From Andalucia godoyi And28 (taxonomy: Eukaryota; Protista; Jakobida), in assembly GCA_009859145.1 (NCBI GenBank), contig VRVR01000044.1, positions 178,208 to 242,207 on the forward strand: a stretch of DNA of 64,000 nucleotides, given 5' to 3'. Below the pieces are notes generated by a model. It searched no databases and had not been told where the DNA came from. It saw only the letters and a list, made by a program, of their open reading frames with translations. Position numbers and translations under genes: made by a program. Shown here piece by piece: positions 49,733 through 60,669 of the stretch (position 1 is the first letter of the stretch; the number at the start of each line of letters is the position of its first letter).

Positions 49733-52700
49733 TCAAAACGAGGACTTGAAACTCACATGCCCTTTGGATGCCGGGGGTGTTGATACGGGGGTCGAGTACT
49801 TTGACGAGCTCGAAGTCGAGGAAAACGAGGAATTCTGTGCTGGAGTGCGAAATGCGGAAGCAGCGGTCGGAGCTGGCCGCAACGGTGTTTTCCCGGTCAA
49901 CGTCGTATACGACGCAGCGAAGGAACCAGGAGCACTTCCCACAGGAGACATGGATCCGGAGGTCGAAACATTCGGCACGGCGACTGCCGAGGAGGGTCGA
50001 CTCGAGGCCGAAACACGAAGACGTTCCATTCGGATCTGCGATTCCAACTCCGAGATTTTGCGTGCACTGGCTAATTCCAACTCACGCAGCTGCTCTCTGT
50101 ACTTCACGTGAATTTGCTCGATGAGATCCTGTTCTCGTTGTTGCAGCGCAACAACGTCTGCAGTCTTCTTTTCAATTTCTGTCTGCTGCTTGGATACGCT
50201 AGCAGACAGATTGAAGTTGTCTTGGACTAGTGACTGTAAACGACGCTGCAGCGACGATATTTGCTCTTGATAGTATGAGCCCATGGTCGACACGGAAATA
50301 TCTGTGTTGGTCTTGTAGCCATCTCCGCTCATTTGTGCATGCGCGCTGAACAAACGACGATACTCGTCCTCTGCATTCTTCTTCTGTTGCTGCGCTTGGT
50401 TCATCAATGACTGAAGCTGTCTCAGTTGCATCGCGTATTGCTCTGACATCTGGTGCGCATTAGCCTGGCTTTTCTGCACCTTCTCCAGAGCAGAGTCTCT
50501 CTCATCCTGCAGATCACGCAGACGAACCTGCAATGAAGCCGTTTCCGTGCGAGTCCGGGACACTTCCTCTTCGAGCAGCCGTGCATGCCCGCGAAGTGCC
50601 TCGATTTCCCGAGAAAGAGACTCCTGCACTGCCTTCAGCTCATCCAATCTCTGCAACGCATCCCACTCCGCTTGTCGGCTCGATTGCAATTCCGCAGTAA
50701 GGCCTTGGAACGAAGACATCAATCCATCAATTTCAACTCGCAGGTCTCGGTTCTCCTTCTCGAGCGTCGTCATGGTTGAATCGTGCGCTTCCAATTCGCC
50801 GCGATGCGCATCTGCATCTCGGTGGCGGGAACGAAGCTCGTCCTGCAGCCGATTCTCCAGCTGTGTTGCCCTCCCAATCGCGGTCTCAACTTGCAACTGC
50901 GATTCCGATAACAGCTTCTGGAAATGGTCCAACTGCGCATCCTTGTCGGACATCAGACGCAGATGCTCCTTTTCAAAATCTTTCATCTCTTCTTTGAAAG
51001 ACTGCAAATCGGATTGCCGAAGTTTCTCACAGTCCCGCAGCTGAGACTCGCAAAGGATCAGAGACTGTTGCGCAGACTGCACTTGTACAGTGAGGTCCTT
51101 GTTCAAAGACTCGAGATCCGAGATTCGCTTTTGAAGAGCAGACAGCTGCAAAACCTTGGACTGGTCATCCGTGCGAAGGTTTTCCAATTGCTGGTTGGTC
51201 AGCACAAGGTCGTCTCGCTCACGAGAAATGCTGTCACACTTTTCTCGCTCTGCACCAAGTTCGCGGGACACAAGGTCTAGGCGATTGCCAAGTTCTTGCA
51301 GCTTCGTAGACATCCGATCTGCTTGGTGCTGAAGATCGCGTATCAGGGCCTCCTTTTTCTCGCCATCCGACTTTGACGCCGTTCGCAAAGAGATCAGTTC
51401 CGACGCCAAGTTGTCTCGTTCGCGCAGCGAATCTTCTGCTTTCGATTTCCACTGCAGAATCACTTGTTCTCGCTGCTGAACAGCAGCACGAAGACCTTCG
51501 CAATCTCGCTGGGATTGTGCTGATGTGTGATGTTCAACGGTTAACTGCTGCTCGACCTGTCGAATCCGTTGCTGAAGAGCATCTACTGCTTGCTTACTCT
51601 TCTGTGATACTTGTTTTTTCTCATCTCTGCACGCATCAAGTTCCTTCTGAATGCCGTCAAGCGAATCTCTCGTTTGCTGCAGATCTTTTTCGAGCCTCTT
51701 GCTGTGCTCTGCATGCTCCGTGGCTGCTCGAGACAGTTGCTTCTCGTGATCTTCACGTAGATGCGCATTCTCCTCCTGCAGGCTTCGGATTTGCACCTTC
51801 AGTTCGGACACTTCAAATCCGAGTGCTTCCATACGATTCACATTTGTGCGATACTTGGTGTCCAAAGCCGCAAGCTTCGATTCTGCTTCCGACAAAGATA
51901 CGTGCTTGAGATTGAGGGCATCTCGGAGGCCAGCATTTTCCATTTCAATCTTCCGCGCATTTTCGTCCAGAGCGCGTCGCTCAACTTCGATCAAACGGGC
52001 CATTGCCGCCTCCGATTCACGGAGCTTTTGAGATATTCGTTCATAATCCTGTGAAATCATACTTAGACGATCCTTGGTAAATGACAACTCACTCTCCAAT
52101 TCACGTGAAAGACTCTCCTTCGATGCCAGGTCTGCAGACAGCCGCTCGCATTCCTGATGCTCAGCAGACAGTGCAGATTTCAGAGAGTCCGTCTCAGTTG
52201 CGTACGTGTTGCAAAGAGATTCAAACTGTCGTGAGAGCGCATCATCCGAAGACAATCCGTTGGCAAGATCCGCGGCAAGGACCGCTACATTCGATCGCAG
52301 ACGATCCACTTCTGCATCCTGGAGTTGAGAAAACTGCATAATTCCAGCCAATTCCTTCTGCATGCGAGCGCAGAACTCATCTGCAGCAGTCAACCTTTCC
52401 TCCATCTTCGTCGCCAACATTCGCGATGCTCGCTTCTCACTCTCCACTTCAGAAGCGAGTTTCGTTTCCTTACTCACTCCCTCATCTCGAAGCAACGAAA
52501 ACTGGCTCTGCAGCTCCAGGTGCGAGGCACGCATGCTGTCGAATTCATTCTTCCACCGCCGCGAATCAGACGATACCCTCTCCACTTCTACTTTCAGGGA
52601 GTGCACATCCTGTTGCAGATGATCACGCTCACGTTTAAACTCATCCTCGCGCTTTTGAGACTCAGCAATCAAGTTGTCGATGTGTTGGCTGCACTCAAAG

Positions 52701-55700
52701 TCCTTCTTGCGAAGAGCCTCCTCCATTCGATCGGCAGACGCCAGCACTTCGGAGATTCGAGAATTGGATTCCGTACGCTCGCGATTGAGTGTCCGTTGGG
52801 TGTCCTCGTATTCCACGCGCAAGGCATCCAGATCAGAACGAAGCGCCATCGCAGCTTCTTCCGCAGTCCGGCGGGCTCGATCGGATGCCTCCCATCGCGA
52901 AAAAACATCTGCATACTGGGTGGTGGCAGACTTTCCATCCAGGGCAAGTTGGTCGCTTAGACGGATGTTTTCGTCCTTCAAAGACGCATTCTCCTCCTCG
53001 ACGTCCCCCAGTCTGGTTACCAACACCCGCTTTTCTCGGTTAAATTCATCAGTTGCCCGGGACAGAGATGATTCTAGTTCTGCACGTTTGGCAGAAACCT
53101 GCGTCAGTTCAAGACGTGTCTTTGCAAGATCGTCGGACAGTCTTTCGATTTGACGATCTCGTTCTTTCAAGGTCGTTTGGAAATCGCGGCCAGAAAGCAT
53201 CAACTCTGATCCCATCTCTTCCAGTTTTCGAACAACCTGTTCTTTTTCGACAGACAAGGAGGTCAATTGCGAAGAGTACTGCCCCTGACACTGCTCAATC
53301 TCACGAATTCGAGCATCTAGATTCTTCTGCAGGTCATCGACGCGTCCTTGAAGAACGGCTGCAAGTTCAACAGCCGAAATCTTGTCCTGCTGAAGTTTTG
53401 CATGGTCCCCGGCAAGGATATCCCATCGCGACTGGGCTTCTTGCAAAAGCTGCTCTTGTTTCCCAAGCGCCCGCTTCAACCTTGCAAGTTCGTCTTCGCG
53501 CTCCCGGAATTTAGCTTCCGAACGATCCCGGGAGATCATGCAAGTCTTGAGTTTCTCTTCATACTCGACTTCTCTTTGCTTGAACTCAGAATCCATGCGA
53601 TTACGGTCCTTCTCTCCTTCCAAGAGGCGTCTTGAAAGGTGCGAAATCTTCTCTTGTGAATCTTTCAACATCTTCTGCATATTGCTCAGTTCTGTCAACA
53701 ATTCTTCTTTCTCCTTTCCCAATTCACGGCAGATGTCAGTCGCTTCCTTCTTTTGTCGTTCAACACGGATGTTATGCTCGCTGTCTCGAGTTTGCATTCG
53801 AGCAGTGGCTTCTTGCAAGCGCTGCTCAAGAGTTCCACTTTCAAGCCTCAACGTCGAGATCTGTTCGCCTAGTCGGATCGTCTCTGCGTACATCTTCTGA
53901 GAATCAGCCAATGCCGAATCTCGTTCATGGCGCGTCGTCAGCAAGGACTCTTGCAGCTGCTGAATCTTTTCACGAGAGCTGCGGTCATGATCTTCCAGCA
54001 CTTGCCGCAGTTGCTGCATATCTTTCAGCAATGATTCTTTGTGGGACTCGAAGGTCTCCAACGATCGCACGAGACCTGCGTTGTCGTCCATCAATCGGCG
54101 AATTTCATCGTCTCGCGCATTGATAAAGGACTCCAATCGAGACACATCCGCCGTGATGGACTGCCGCTGTTGTTGCAGCTCCAGCGACAACGCATCCCGC
54201 TCAGCAGCTCGTTCACGCACGAGCAGCTCCTGCTTGGACAACGACGAACGCAGGCGCTCATGCTCCGCATTCAGCGTAGCCCACATCTCTTGCAAGTGGC
54301 CAACATTATCCATGAGGTGCAGCCGTTCCTGTCCATCGCTTAACAGTCGATGCTCCGCTGCATCCCGTTCGCGCTGAAGGTTTGCAATGCGTTCCTCCAG
54401 AATTGCCTTGTCCTTTTCAAGAAGGGCAATCTGTCCAGAAAGCATATCAATCTTTGAATCCTTCTCCGTGGTGGACTGACGCTTCTCTGAATCCATAACG
54501 AGCGCTCGAGAAAGAGCATCGTCTCGAGTTCTCTTCACCTCCTCCAGCTGCTGAGCAAAACGCTCCTTTTCACGACGTTCTGCAGAAAGAACACTTTGCA
54601 TCTGTTGTTCTGCATCGCGGAAGGCCGATTTGAGCTGCTCCACATCCCGTTCAAACGCAGAAGATGCCTCTTGACGCTCAGCCTTCAATGATTGGATCTG
54701 ATTCTCGAGTGTCGCCACACACTCTCGGAGATCTTTTTCGCGCACTAATGAAGCATCCAGCTCCTGTTTCACACGGTTCACAGATCCGTCCTTTTCGCGG
54801 CATAATGCCTCTAATTGCTGAACTGATGTGCGGGATTCCTGCAAATCCCAATCTGCGTGCCGCATCTGGGAAGTATACTCGTCACGCAGGGCAGCCAGAG
54901 CCTCTTGACGCTCTTCGGACAGCTTGGAGTACGTCTCAGCCGCTTTCTTTGCGACTTTGAGAGCGGAGTCCTTCTGGTCGACTTCGAGTTCCATTTCCGA
55001 AATACGGGACTGCAGCTGTGATTCTTCTGCGGCATGCGCGACTTGCATGGCGCGGATTTTCGCCTCGAGAGTGCGAACAGTCTCTGACTGCTCGCCATGC
55101 TGGGTTTCCAAACTGGACACATCATGCATCCAACGAGAGGACTCTTCCTCCAGCGCCTTCCTCCGAGCCTGCACAGCCGCGAAATCCTTTTCCAGTGTGG
55201 AAATCTGTATTTGAAGACTTGTTGTCTGGGCTTGCAGCTGAATGATGGCAGAATCGCGCTCCGAAATCTGCGTTCTCAACTGCGCATTGTCCTTCTCCAA
55301 GTTTTGGATTGCATTTTTCTGCTGCTCGACTTGTGCTTCCCGAAGAGTCTGTTCTTTCACCACTACCATTCGCAGCTCATTCGTTTCCTTTCCGAGGGTT
55401 TCCTTCTCCATTGCCAAAATGTTAACTTGCGACTCCAACATTGCATTTTGGGAAAGGAGATTGTCGTACAAAATCTGCACATCCCGCGCTCCCTTTTCTT
55501 CTTTTGCATAAGGATACGAGGTATGGCTTGACAAGGGTGCTGAAGGAGCAGCGCGCTGAGGCGTCGACGGTGTTGTGGGTGTATGCTGTGGCGTAGACCC
55601 GGTATGCCCAGCCTCTGCGTGATGCGAAGGGTAGGAGGAGTTGCCGACGCCACTCGGATTCGAGCCGGAAGTCGCTAGCCGAGAGCGCTTGGCCTCCAAT

Positions 55701-55771
55701 GCGCGGCGCAGCGATTCATTATAATCCTGAAGACTTCGAAGATCTCGAGACACTGGAGGAGATCCTGACAT
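49733..55771 (-). CDS. Giant coiled-coil protein (about 2,010 aa; centrosomal/cytoskeletal type)
   Basis: Continuous E/L/R/Q/K-rich heptad sequence with low-complexity termini. Confidence 0.85.
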   Translation of the reverse strand: MSGSPPVSRDLRSLQDYNESLRRALEAKRSRLATSGSNPSGVGNSSYPSHHAEAGHTGSTPQHTPTTPSTPQRAAPSAPLSSHTSYPYAKEEKGARDVQILYDNLLSQNAMLESQVNILAMEKETLGKETNELRMVVVKEQTLREAQVEQQKNAIQNLEKDNAQLRTQISERDSAIIQLQAQTTSLQIQISTLEKDFAAVQARRKALEEESSRWMHDVSSLETQHGEQSETVRTLEAKIRAMQVAHAAEESQLQSRISEMELEVDQKDSALKVAKKAAETYSKLSEERQEALAALRDEYTSQMRHADWDLQESRTSVQQLEALCREKDGSVNRVKQELDASLVREKDLRECVATLENQIQSLKAERQEASSAFERDVEQLKSAFRDAEQQMQSVLSAERREKERFAQQLEEVKRTRDDALSRALVMDSEKRQSTTEKDSKIDMLSGQIALLEKDKAILEERIANLQRERDAAEHRLLSDGQERLHLMDNVGHLQEMWATLNAEHERLRSSLSKQELLVRERAAERDALSLELQQQRQSITADVSRLESFINARDDEIRRLMDDNAGLVRSLETFESHKESLLKDMQQLRQVLEDHDRSSREKIQQLQESLLTTRHERDSALADSQKMYAETIRLGEQISTLRLESGTLEQRLQEATARMQTRDSEHNIRVERQKKEATDICRELGKEKEELLTELSNMQKMLKDSQEKISHLSRRLLEGEKDRNRMDSEFKQREVEYEEKLKTCMISRDRSEAKFREREDELARLKRALGKQEQLLQEAQSRWDILAGDHAKLQQDKISAVELAAVLQGRVDDLQKNLDARIREIEQCQGQYSSQLTSLSVEKEQVVRKLEEMGSELMLSGRDFQTTLKERDRQIERLSDDLAKTRLELTQVSAKRAELESSLSRATDEFNREKRVLVTRLGDVEEENASLKDENIRLSDQLALDGKSATTQYADVFSRWEASDRARRTAEEAAMALRSDLDALRVEYEDTQRTLNRERTESNSRISEVLASADRMEEALRKKDFECSQHIDNLIAESQKREDEFKRERDHLQQDVHSLKVEVERVSSDSRRWKNEFDSMRASHLELQSQFSLLRDEGVSKETKLASEVESEKRASRMLATKMEERLTAADEFCARMQKELAGIMQFSQLQDAEVDRLRSNVAVLAADLANGLSSDDALSRQFESLCNTYATETDSLKSALSAEHQECERLSADLASKESLSRELESELSFTKDRLSMISQDYERISQKLRESEAAMARLIEVERRALDENARKIEMENAGLRDALNLKHVSLSEAESKLAALDTKYRTNVNRMEALGFEVSELKVQIRSLQEENAHLREDHEKQLSRAATEHAEHSKRLEKDLQQTRDSLDGIQKELDACRDEKKQVSQKSKQAVDALQQRIRQVEQQLTVEHHTSAQSQRDCEGLRAAVQQREQVILQWKSKAEDSLRERDNLASELISLRTASKSDGEKKEALIRDLQHQADRMSTKLQELGNRLDLVSRELGAEREKCDSISRERDDLVLTNQQLENLRTDDQSKVLQLSALQKRISDLESLNKDLTVQVQSAQQSLILCESQLRDCEKLRQSDLQSFKEEMKDFEKEHLRLMSDKDAQLDHFQKLLSESQLQVETAIGRATQLENRLQDELRSRHRDADAHRGELEAHDSTMTTLEKENRDLRVEIDGLMSSFQGLTAELQSSRQAEWDALQRLDELKAVQESLSREIEALRGHARLLEEEVSRTRTETASLQVRLRDLQDERDSALEKVQKSQANAHQMSEQYAMQLRQLQSLMNQAQQQKKNAEDEYRRLFSAHAQMSGDGYKTNTDISVSTMGSYYQEQISSLQRRLQSLVQDNFNLSASVSKQQTEIEKKTADVVALQQREQDLIEQIHVKYREQLRELELASARKISELESQIRMERLRVSASSRPSSAVAVPNVSTSGSMSPVGSAPGSFAASYTTLTGKTPLRPAPTAASAFRTPAQNSSFSSTSSSSKYSTPVSTPPASKGHVSFKSSF

Positions 55772-56207
55772 CACAATAAAACACTAAGAAAAACGGTATC
55801 CGGCCCGTGGCAATGTGCGTGGGTGATACGCAACCGTAATTTTAAAAAAAAAAAATAATAATAAAATAAACCGAATAATATGAAATTGTAGAAGAAGTAA
55901 AAAATGGTAAAGAGAGACGGAAACGAAAAAATATATAAAGTATAAAAGAAAAAGTGAAAGAACAAGAACGAGGAAAAAAAATGAAAACAATAGTAATGAT
56001 GATATGAAAAACGAGAAAAAAGAGAGCGCTTTTGCTCGTTTCTTTGTTGGGCAATGACTGTGAGCAGTGGACACTCCGAGTAAAGCCAGTCAAACTGCCA
56101 CTGCGCTTTTTGCGCGTGAGTGTGACCGTGCACTCAAGTGACCTCAAGCTATTTCTGTGTTTCACACTTTTTATTTTTCCAGTGTCTTTTTTCCCCGGCC
56201 TGTCATG

Positions 56208-56600
56208 ACATGAATCATTATTAATCATCATCGGGCTAAGTTGTCACCGAAGCCAGACCCAAGCCACATGTCTTTCCGTTTTGCTTTTATTTGATGCGAG
56301 CGCCCCAACTCTTCAATGCAGATTGCTCTGCACCAAAGGGTCGTCGCAACTACGAGCTTCTTGGTTCTCGGCATCTTCCGTCATGGCCGGTTTTGAGTGT
56401 GCTGGGAAGATCCCTCTTTGGAGCCATGCGATGTGTTTTGTCTTTGTCTTTTGCTGAAAGATGCTGCTTGAGGGTTCAATTATAAAACACAAACAAACAG
56501 AAAACAATAGAAAGAATAAACGGTGAAGAATGAAGAAAATTTCTAGACTTGACTACGGTAGGATAAATCGTATTATTTGATGTTCAACATTGATGCACAA
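56208..56600 (+). repeat. Dispersed repeat family A, copy 3
   Basis: Nearly identical to copy 2 over about 215 bp, then colinear with copy 4 through TTCTAGACTTGACTACGGTAGG and AAGCTGTCA. Confidence 0.92.
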
Positions 56601-56725
56601 AGCTGTCATCTGTCTGTTTTTGTTGCTCATGTTGCACTGCTGCGTTCGTTTTTTGCCCCAGTGTGGGCGTCAGCGAACACTGCGTCTTTACCACACTGGG
56701 ACTTTATTGACGAGTATCTGCATCA

Positions 56726-59677
56726 ATGAGCGTGTCTCGCCCAGCAAATACAATATACGGGTACAAGGCTTTCTTGGATATGCCAGCTCCGCCAAATTAT
56801 GTAGCCGGGCTTGGTCGTGGGGCGATTGGATTTTCCACTCGTGCAGACCTCGGTGCGGGTCTGCTTGACGGTGATAATGAATGGGGAGGCGCGGATGCAG
56901 GGAGTAGGCGTGCCAGTCGATGGGGCGATGGCCAGGAGTATGATGACGACTATGTCGATGTCGATGTGGATGTCGACGGCGTCAGTGGCGGCGTCAGTGG
57001 TGTAGGCGGGGCTTACAAAAGCAGACATCACAACGCTGCAGAAGAAATTAGTGTTTCCAGAGTAGAGGAAGAAGCATCCGCTGTGATGTCGTCGGTTGAA
57101 CAGCTGATGCAGGGCCGGCGAAAGAAATTGAAAGCAGGGCAAGTGTCCAAAGCAGGAAGCGGTGGCTCCAGCAAGGGTTCAAAATCAGTCAAGGAAATGT
57201 TTGCGGACGTGAAAGGAGATCTGCAGGCGATGACAGCAGAGGAGTGGATGCAGCTTCCGGAATCGTCGGGGTCTTTGGTGTCATTGGACACCAACAAATT
57301 TCACGCGTATAGGCAGGAACGGCCTAGTGTGGCGTCGTCGTTTTTGTTGACACAGACTCCTTCTCTCAAAGGCGCACTGGGAATTGGTGCGCCGTCGTCG
57401 ATGCCGTCTGTTAACGACACCCGGATGCCGGACACCGCCATTCCCGTGTCCGGGCATCGGGACTATGAGGAAGTCAAGAGACTTCGGTTGTTGTACAGGA
57501 GCTTAACGACCACGAACCCATCGTTTGCAGACGGGTGGATTGCGTATGCGGGGTTGGAAGAAAAAGAAGGGAGGGTTTCCGAATCGCTTTCCATTTGGGA
57601 AAAGGGTGCGTCCGTTGGCGTCGTAAGTGAGAAATTTTGGACAAGCTACTTTAACTTTCTTGTCCGACATCCAAGTTCAAAGGTTTCTAAAGCGCACCTT
57701 CTTCAAACTGCATTGTCATACTGTCCTCAGGCTGTTGATTTGTGGATCTCTCTAGCATCTCTACAGAAAGATCGCAATGCTGTTCGGACGGTGTTGCAAA
57801 CAGCGATTGACGAAAACCCGTCGTCGGTCAAGCTGTGGAAGGCTGCTGTCGACGCGGAGTCCGATTCTCCGGAAGACGCAAAGTTGTTGTTGAAGCATGC
57901 TGTTTCTGTGTTGCCAGGGCAGGCGGAGTTTTGGATTGCATTGTCAAAGCTGTCCACGCATTCCGAAGGAAGGAAGTTGCTCAATGAGGCTCGTAAGTGC
58001 GTCCCGGGCGACCCGCGCATTTGGATTGCGGCGTGCCAGCTGGAAGACTCGATGAGCTCTCCGATCGAGATCATATCGAAGATTGCGATGCGCGCCGTTG
58101 GTTCCTTGCGCAACTCTGTGGATCGACGGGCGTGGCTGGAGCTTGCTGTAGAATGTGAACGCAGCGGAAGCATCAAAGCAGCGGAGTGCATAGCAGCCGC
58201 GGTGGTTCGTGATTTTCTTGTGGAGACTGTTCACAAAAAGGACCATGTGTCCCTCAGTTTGTTGATTTTAGAGGACGTTCAGTTCGTGCGAGAATCTGGG
58301 ACGAAATTCGGGATCACGGGCACCGTCACTTGCAGAACTGTGTACAAAACTGCATCGGAGGCGGTTCGGGACTCCGAGGCATTCTGGGTGAGCTGGCTGC
58401 AGTTTGAAGAGTCCGAGAAGCATGAGTTGCTGCAACACGAAGTGCTGAGAATGGCGTGTCGTGCCGTTCCAGGGTCTGCGCAATTTTCTGTCAAGCTGAT
58501 TGGCTTCCATCAGTCGAGAGCCGAATATGGAGAGATTGTCTCCGTTGTCTTCGAGGCTTTGAAAAATAGCGCAGATAATTCCGCAGTGGAGCGGATTGCA
58601 AAGGCCGCTGTTTCTGCTCTTTGTGTCAAAGGTGCGTGGGGGGAGATTGAATGCATCCTGTCGAGACTGAGGATCGACCTTCGCGAGTGTGCATGGGTAT
58701 GGGAAATGGCGGTTGCTGTGCATCACATGAAGAATCCAAACAGCTCAGAATATGACGATATGCTGAATCACTGTGTTTCGCAGTTTGCAGGTGTCCGGGC
58801 GCTGAAGTTTGTCGTCCTCAGGGTGGAAGACTTGATTCGACACGATCAAATGGTTCTTGCGATGGATGTGGCAACCTCATTTTTAAATACCGTTGCTAGA
58901 ATGCGTGAATCAGAGCGAAAAGAATTGCACGAAGCTGTGGCGTTCCGCGAACTTCTGCACGAGTATATCCGTTTGGAATTGTCTGCCGGGCAGCGACACA
59001 TCCAGCAAACGATTGTCAAAACTCGAACATTTCTCGAGAGGCTTCGTTTGCAAATCCCAAACTGCGTTATTCTCACTATATTTTCGGCTCAGCTTGAACG
59101 AGCGATGGGCAGCCCAAGAATTGGCGAAGCCATTCTGGCACGTGCTGCAAAACAGCAGAGCCTTTTTGATGGAAGGCTGTGGGCGCTATCCTTGGCGTTC
59201 CAGCCGCGTGCGCAGCGGCGATCAATCTGCATGGAAGGGCTGAAGAAGCACCCCTCTGATCCTTATGTGCCTCTGTTATGCGGCTTGTTGTTTTGGGAAG
59301 ACGGATTGATCGACAAGGCTCTTGAATGGTTTATCAAGACGTCAACTGCGCACCCCGCATTTGGAGATGCGTGGATGTGCTTGTACATCATTCTGACCAG
59401 CGAGTACAGGAAAGGCCGTGCATTCCCAGCGCTATCCTCTTCTGTCGTCGCGTCTGTCGAACGGTGCATCAGCGACTGCATGCGAGCGCTGCCGACGTTT
59501 GGTTTCTGGTGGGACGTCTTCTACCGAGGAACACGACACTGTGGTATTGACAGTTGTTCGCTGAGTACACACGATATTCTCCAGAAATGCCAGCAAGTAT
59601 GGGAGCAAGCCGACGTAAGCGACAAGGCCGTTCAGTACTGTTTTCACGGACCGGATGCAGTCAAGAACTCCACGTAA
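56726..59677 (+). CDS. PRP6: Pre-mRNA splicing factor PRP6 (divergent HAT repeats)
   Basis: N-terminal FLDMPAPPNYVAGLGRGAIGFSTRADLG, RLLYRSLTTTNPSFADGWIA, SVKLWKAAV, LNEARKCVPGDPRIWIAACQLE. Confidence 0.9.
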   Translation: MSVSRPANTIYGYKAFLDMPAPPNYVAGLGRGAIGFSTRADLGAGLLDGDNEWGGADAGSRRASRWGDGQEYDDDYVDVDVDVDGVSGGVSGVGGAYKSRHHNAAEEISVSRVEEEASAVMSSVEQLMQGRRKKLKAGQVSKAGSGGSSKGSKSVKEMFADVKGDLQAMTAEEWMQLPESSGSLVSLDTNKFHAYRQERPSVASSFLLTQTPSLKGALGIGAPSSMPSVNDTRMPDTAIPVSGHRDYEEVKRLRLLYRSLTTTNPSFADGWIAYAGLEEKEGRVSESLSIWEKGASVGVVSEKFWTSYFNFLVRHPSSKVSKAHLLQTALSYCPQAVDLWISLASLQKDRNAVRTVLQTAIDENPSSVKLWKAAVDAESDSPEDAKLLLKHAVSVLPGQAEFWIALSKLSTHSEGRKLLNEARKCVPGDPRIWIAACQLEDSMSSPIEIISKIAMRAVGSLRNSVDRRAWLELAVECERSGSIKAAECIAAAVVRDFLVETVHKKDHVSLSLLILEDVQFVRESGTKFGITGTVTCRTVYKTASEAVRDSEAFWVSWLQFEESEKHELLQHEVLRMACRAVPGSAQFSVKLIGFHQSRAEYGEIVSVVFEALKNSADNSAVERIAKAAVSALCVKGAWGEIECILSRLRIDLRECAWVWEMAVAVHHMKNPNSSEYDDMLNHCVSQFAGVRALKFVVLRVEDLIRHDQMVLAMDVATSFLNTVARMRESERKELHEAVAFRELLHEYIRLELSAGQRHIQQTIVKTRTFLERLRLQIPNCVILTIFSAQLERAMGSPRIGEAILARAAKQQSLFDGRLWALSLAFQPRAQRRSICMEGLKKHPSDPYVPLLCGLLFWEDGLIDKALEWFIKTSTAHPAFGDAWMCLYIILTSEYRKGRAFPALSSSVVASVERCISDCMRALPTFGFWWDVFYRGTRHCGIDSCSLSTHDILQKCQQVWEQADVSDKAVQYCFHGPDAVKNST

Positions 59678-59828
59678 AGAGGGTCTGCATTGAAACAGAA
59701 AAAAGAAATCAATCAACCAATCAATCAATCAAAAAATAAAAAAATAAAAAAATAAAAATGTACCAGCATCCAGACTGTGGTCGTGCTCAACATCCTCGAA
59801 TACGCAACTCAAAAGGCAGAATTACTTT

Positions 59829-60146
59829 ATGGATCAACCAATCTACAATTTAGGCCTCGACCAACTCGCGCAGACGGCGAATGGTAGAGCGAACGGCAGT
59901 GGAGGAAGCGGTGTGCAATGACCATGCACCGCCAGCAACAGTCTTGCTGCATGCGTTGCAGTGCCAGATACCAACGGCAGTACGCTTAATGCTGTACTTT
60001 CCGCAAAAGTGGCAGAAATGCTTGGCGTGGGTCGAAACCTCCAGCTTCTTTGCGCGCTTGCGGAGGTTTGCACCGTAGCGAGTACCGTACTTGCCGACAA
60101 TTCCAACCTTGAGGGTACGCTTCGTCTGTATATTCCCAAAAAATAA
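59829..60146 (+). pseudogene. Possible LRR gene fragment interrupted by an in-frame TGA (59919-59921)
   Basis: One frame is open for 105 codons apart from a single TGA and ends in the LRR-like [12 protein letters not shown]. Confidence 0.3.
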
Positions 60147-60669
60147 AATGAATTAGATCGAATGCCACAAAAAAAAGAACACCAAAGCACAACAAGAAAG
60201 ATCACGCAATACATACCATTCTAATAGCACAATGAAAAAATCCCACAAGAAGGAGGAGAAAAGAAAAGAGAGAAGAAGAAAAGAAAAGAAAGGAAAAGGA
60301 AAGGAGAAACGATAGAAATAACAGGAGATGACCGGGCAATGAGTGGGGAAATTGACACTGAGAGGAAAAAATGAGAGAGGAAAACTTTTTACTTAGGAAG
60401 AGAAGGACCTCATGCAGACCTAGGGTTACTGGGAAGGCAATATCGTCATTACACTAACGAAGCATGAAAGTCAGAGAGACCATTTTGATGCTTCAAGTGA
60501 TGCTATCTCGCTGGGAGCCTGGGGGAGAGGTCCAGCAAAAAAGATTTTCCCCTCTTTTTATTTTATTCTTAAAATTATTATTTATTGTTGCTGCCGCTGC
60601 TGCATTTCATGGGCTTTTTCAGCATTACCTTTTTGCAGGAGATCTTAAGATGAATGAAGGTTTTTCAGA

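Noticed and set aside
49790-49912. Antisense peptide AGRNGVFPVNVV resembling an SH3 G-x-FP-x-NYV motif
   Set aside because: Lies antisense to the low-complexity C-terminus of the coiled-coil gene and lacks the ALYDY and WW motifs. Most likely chance.
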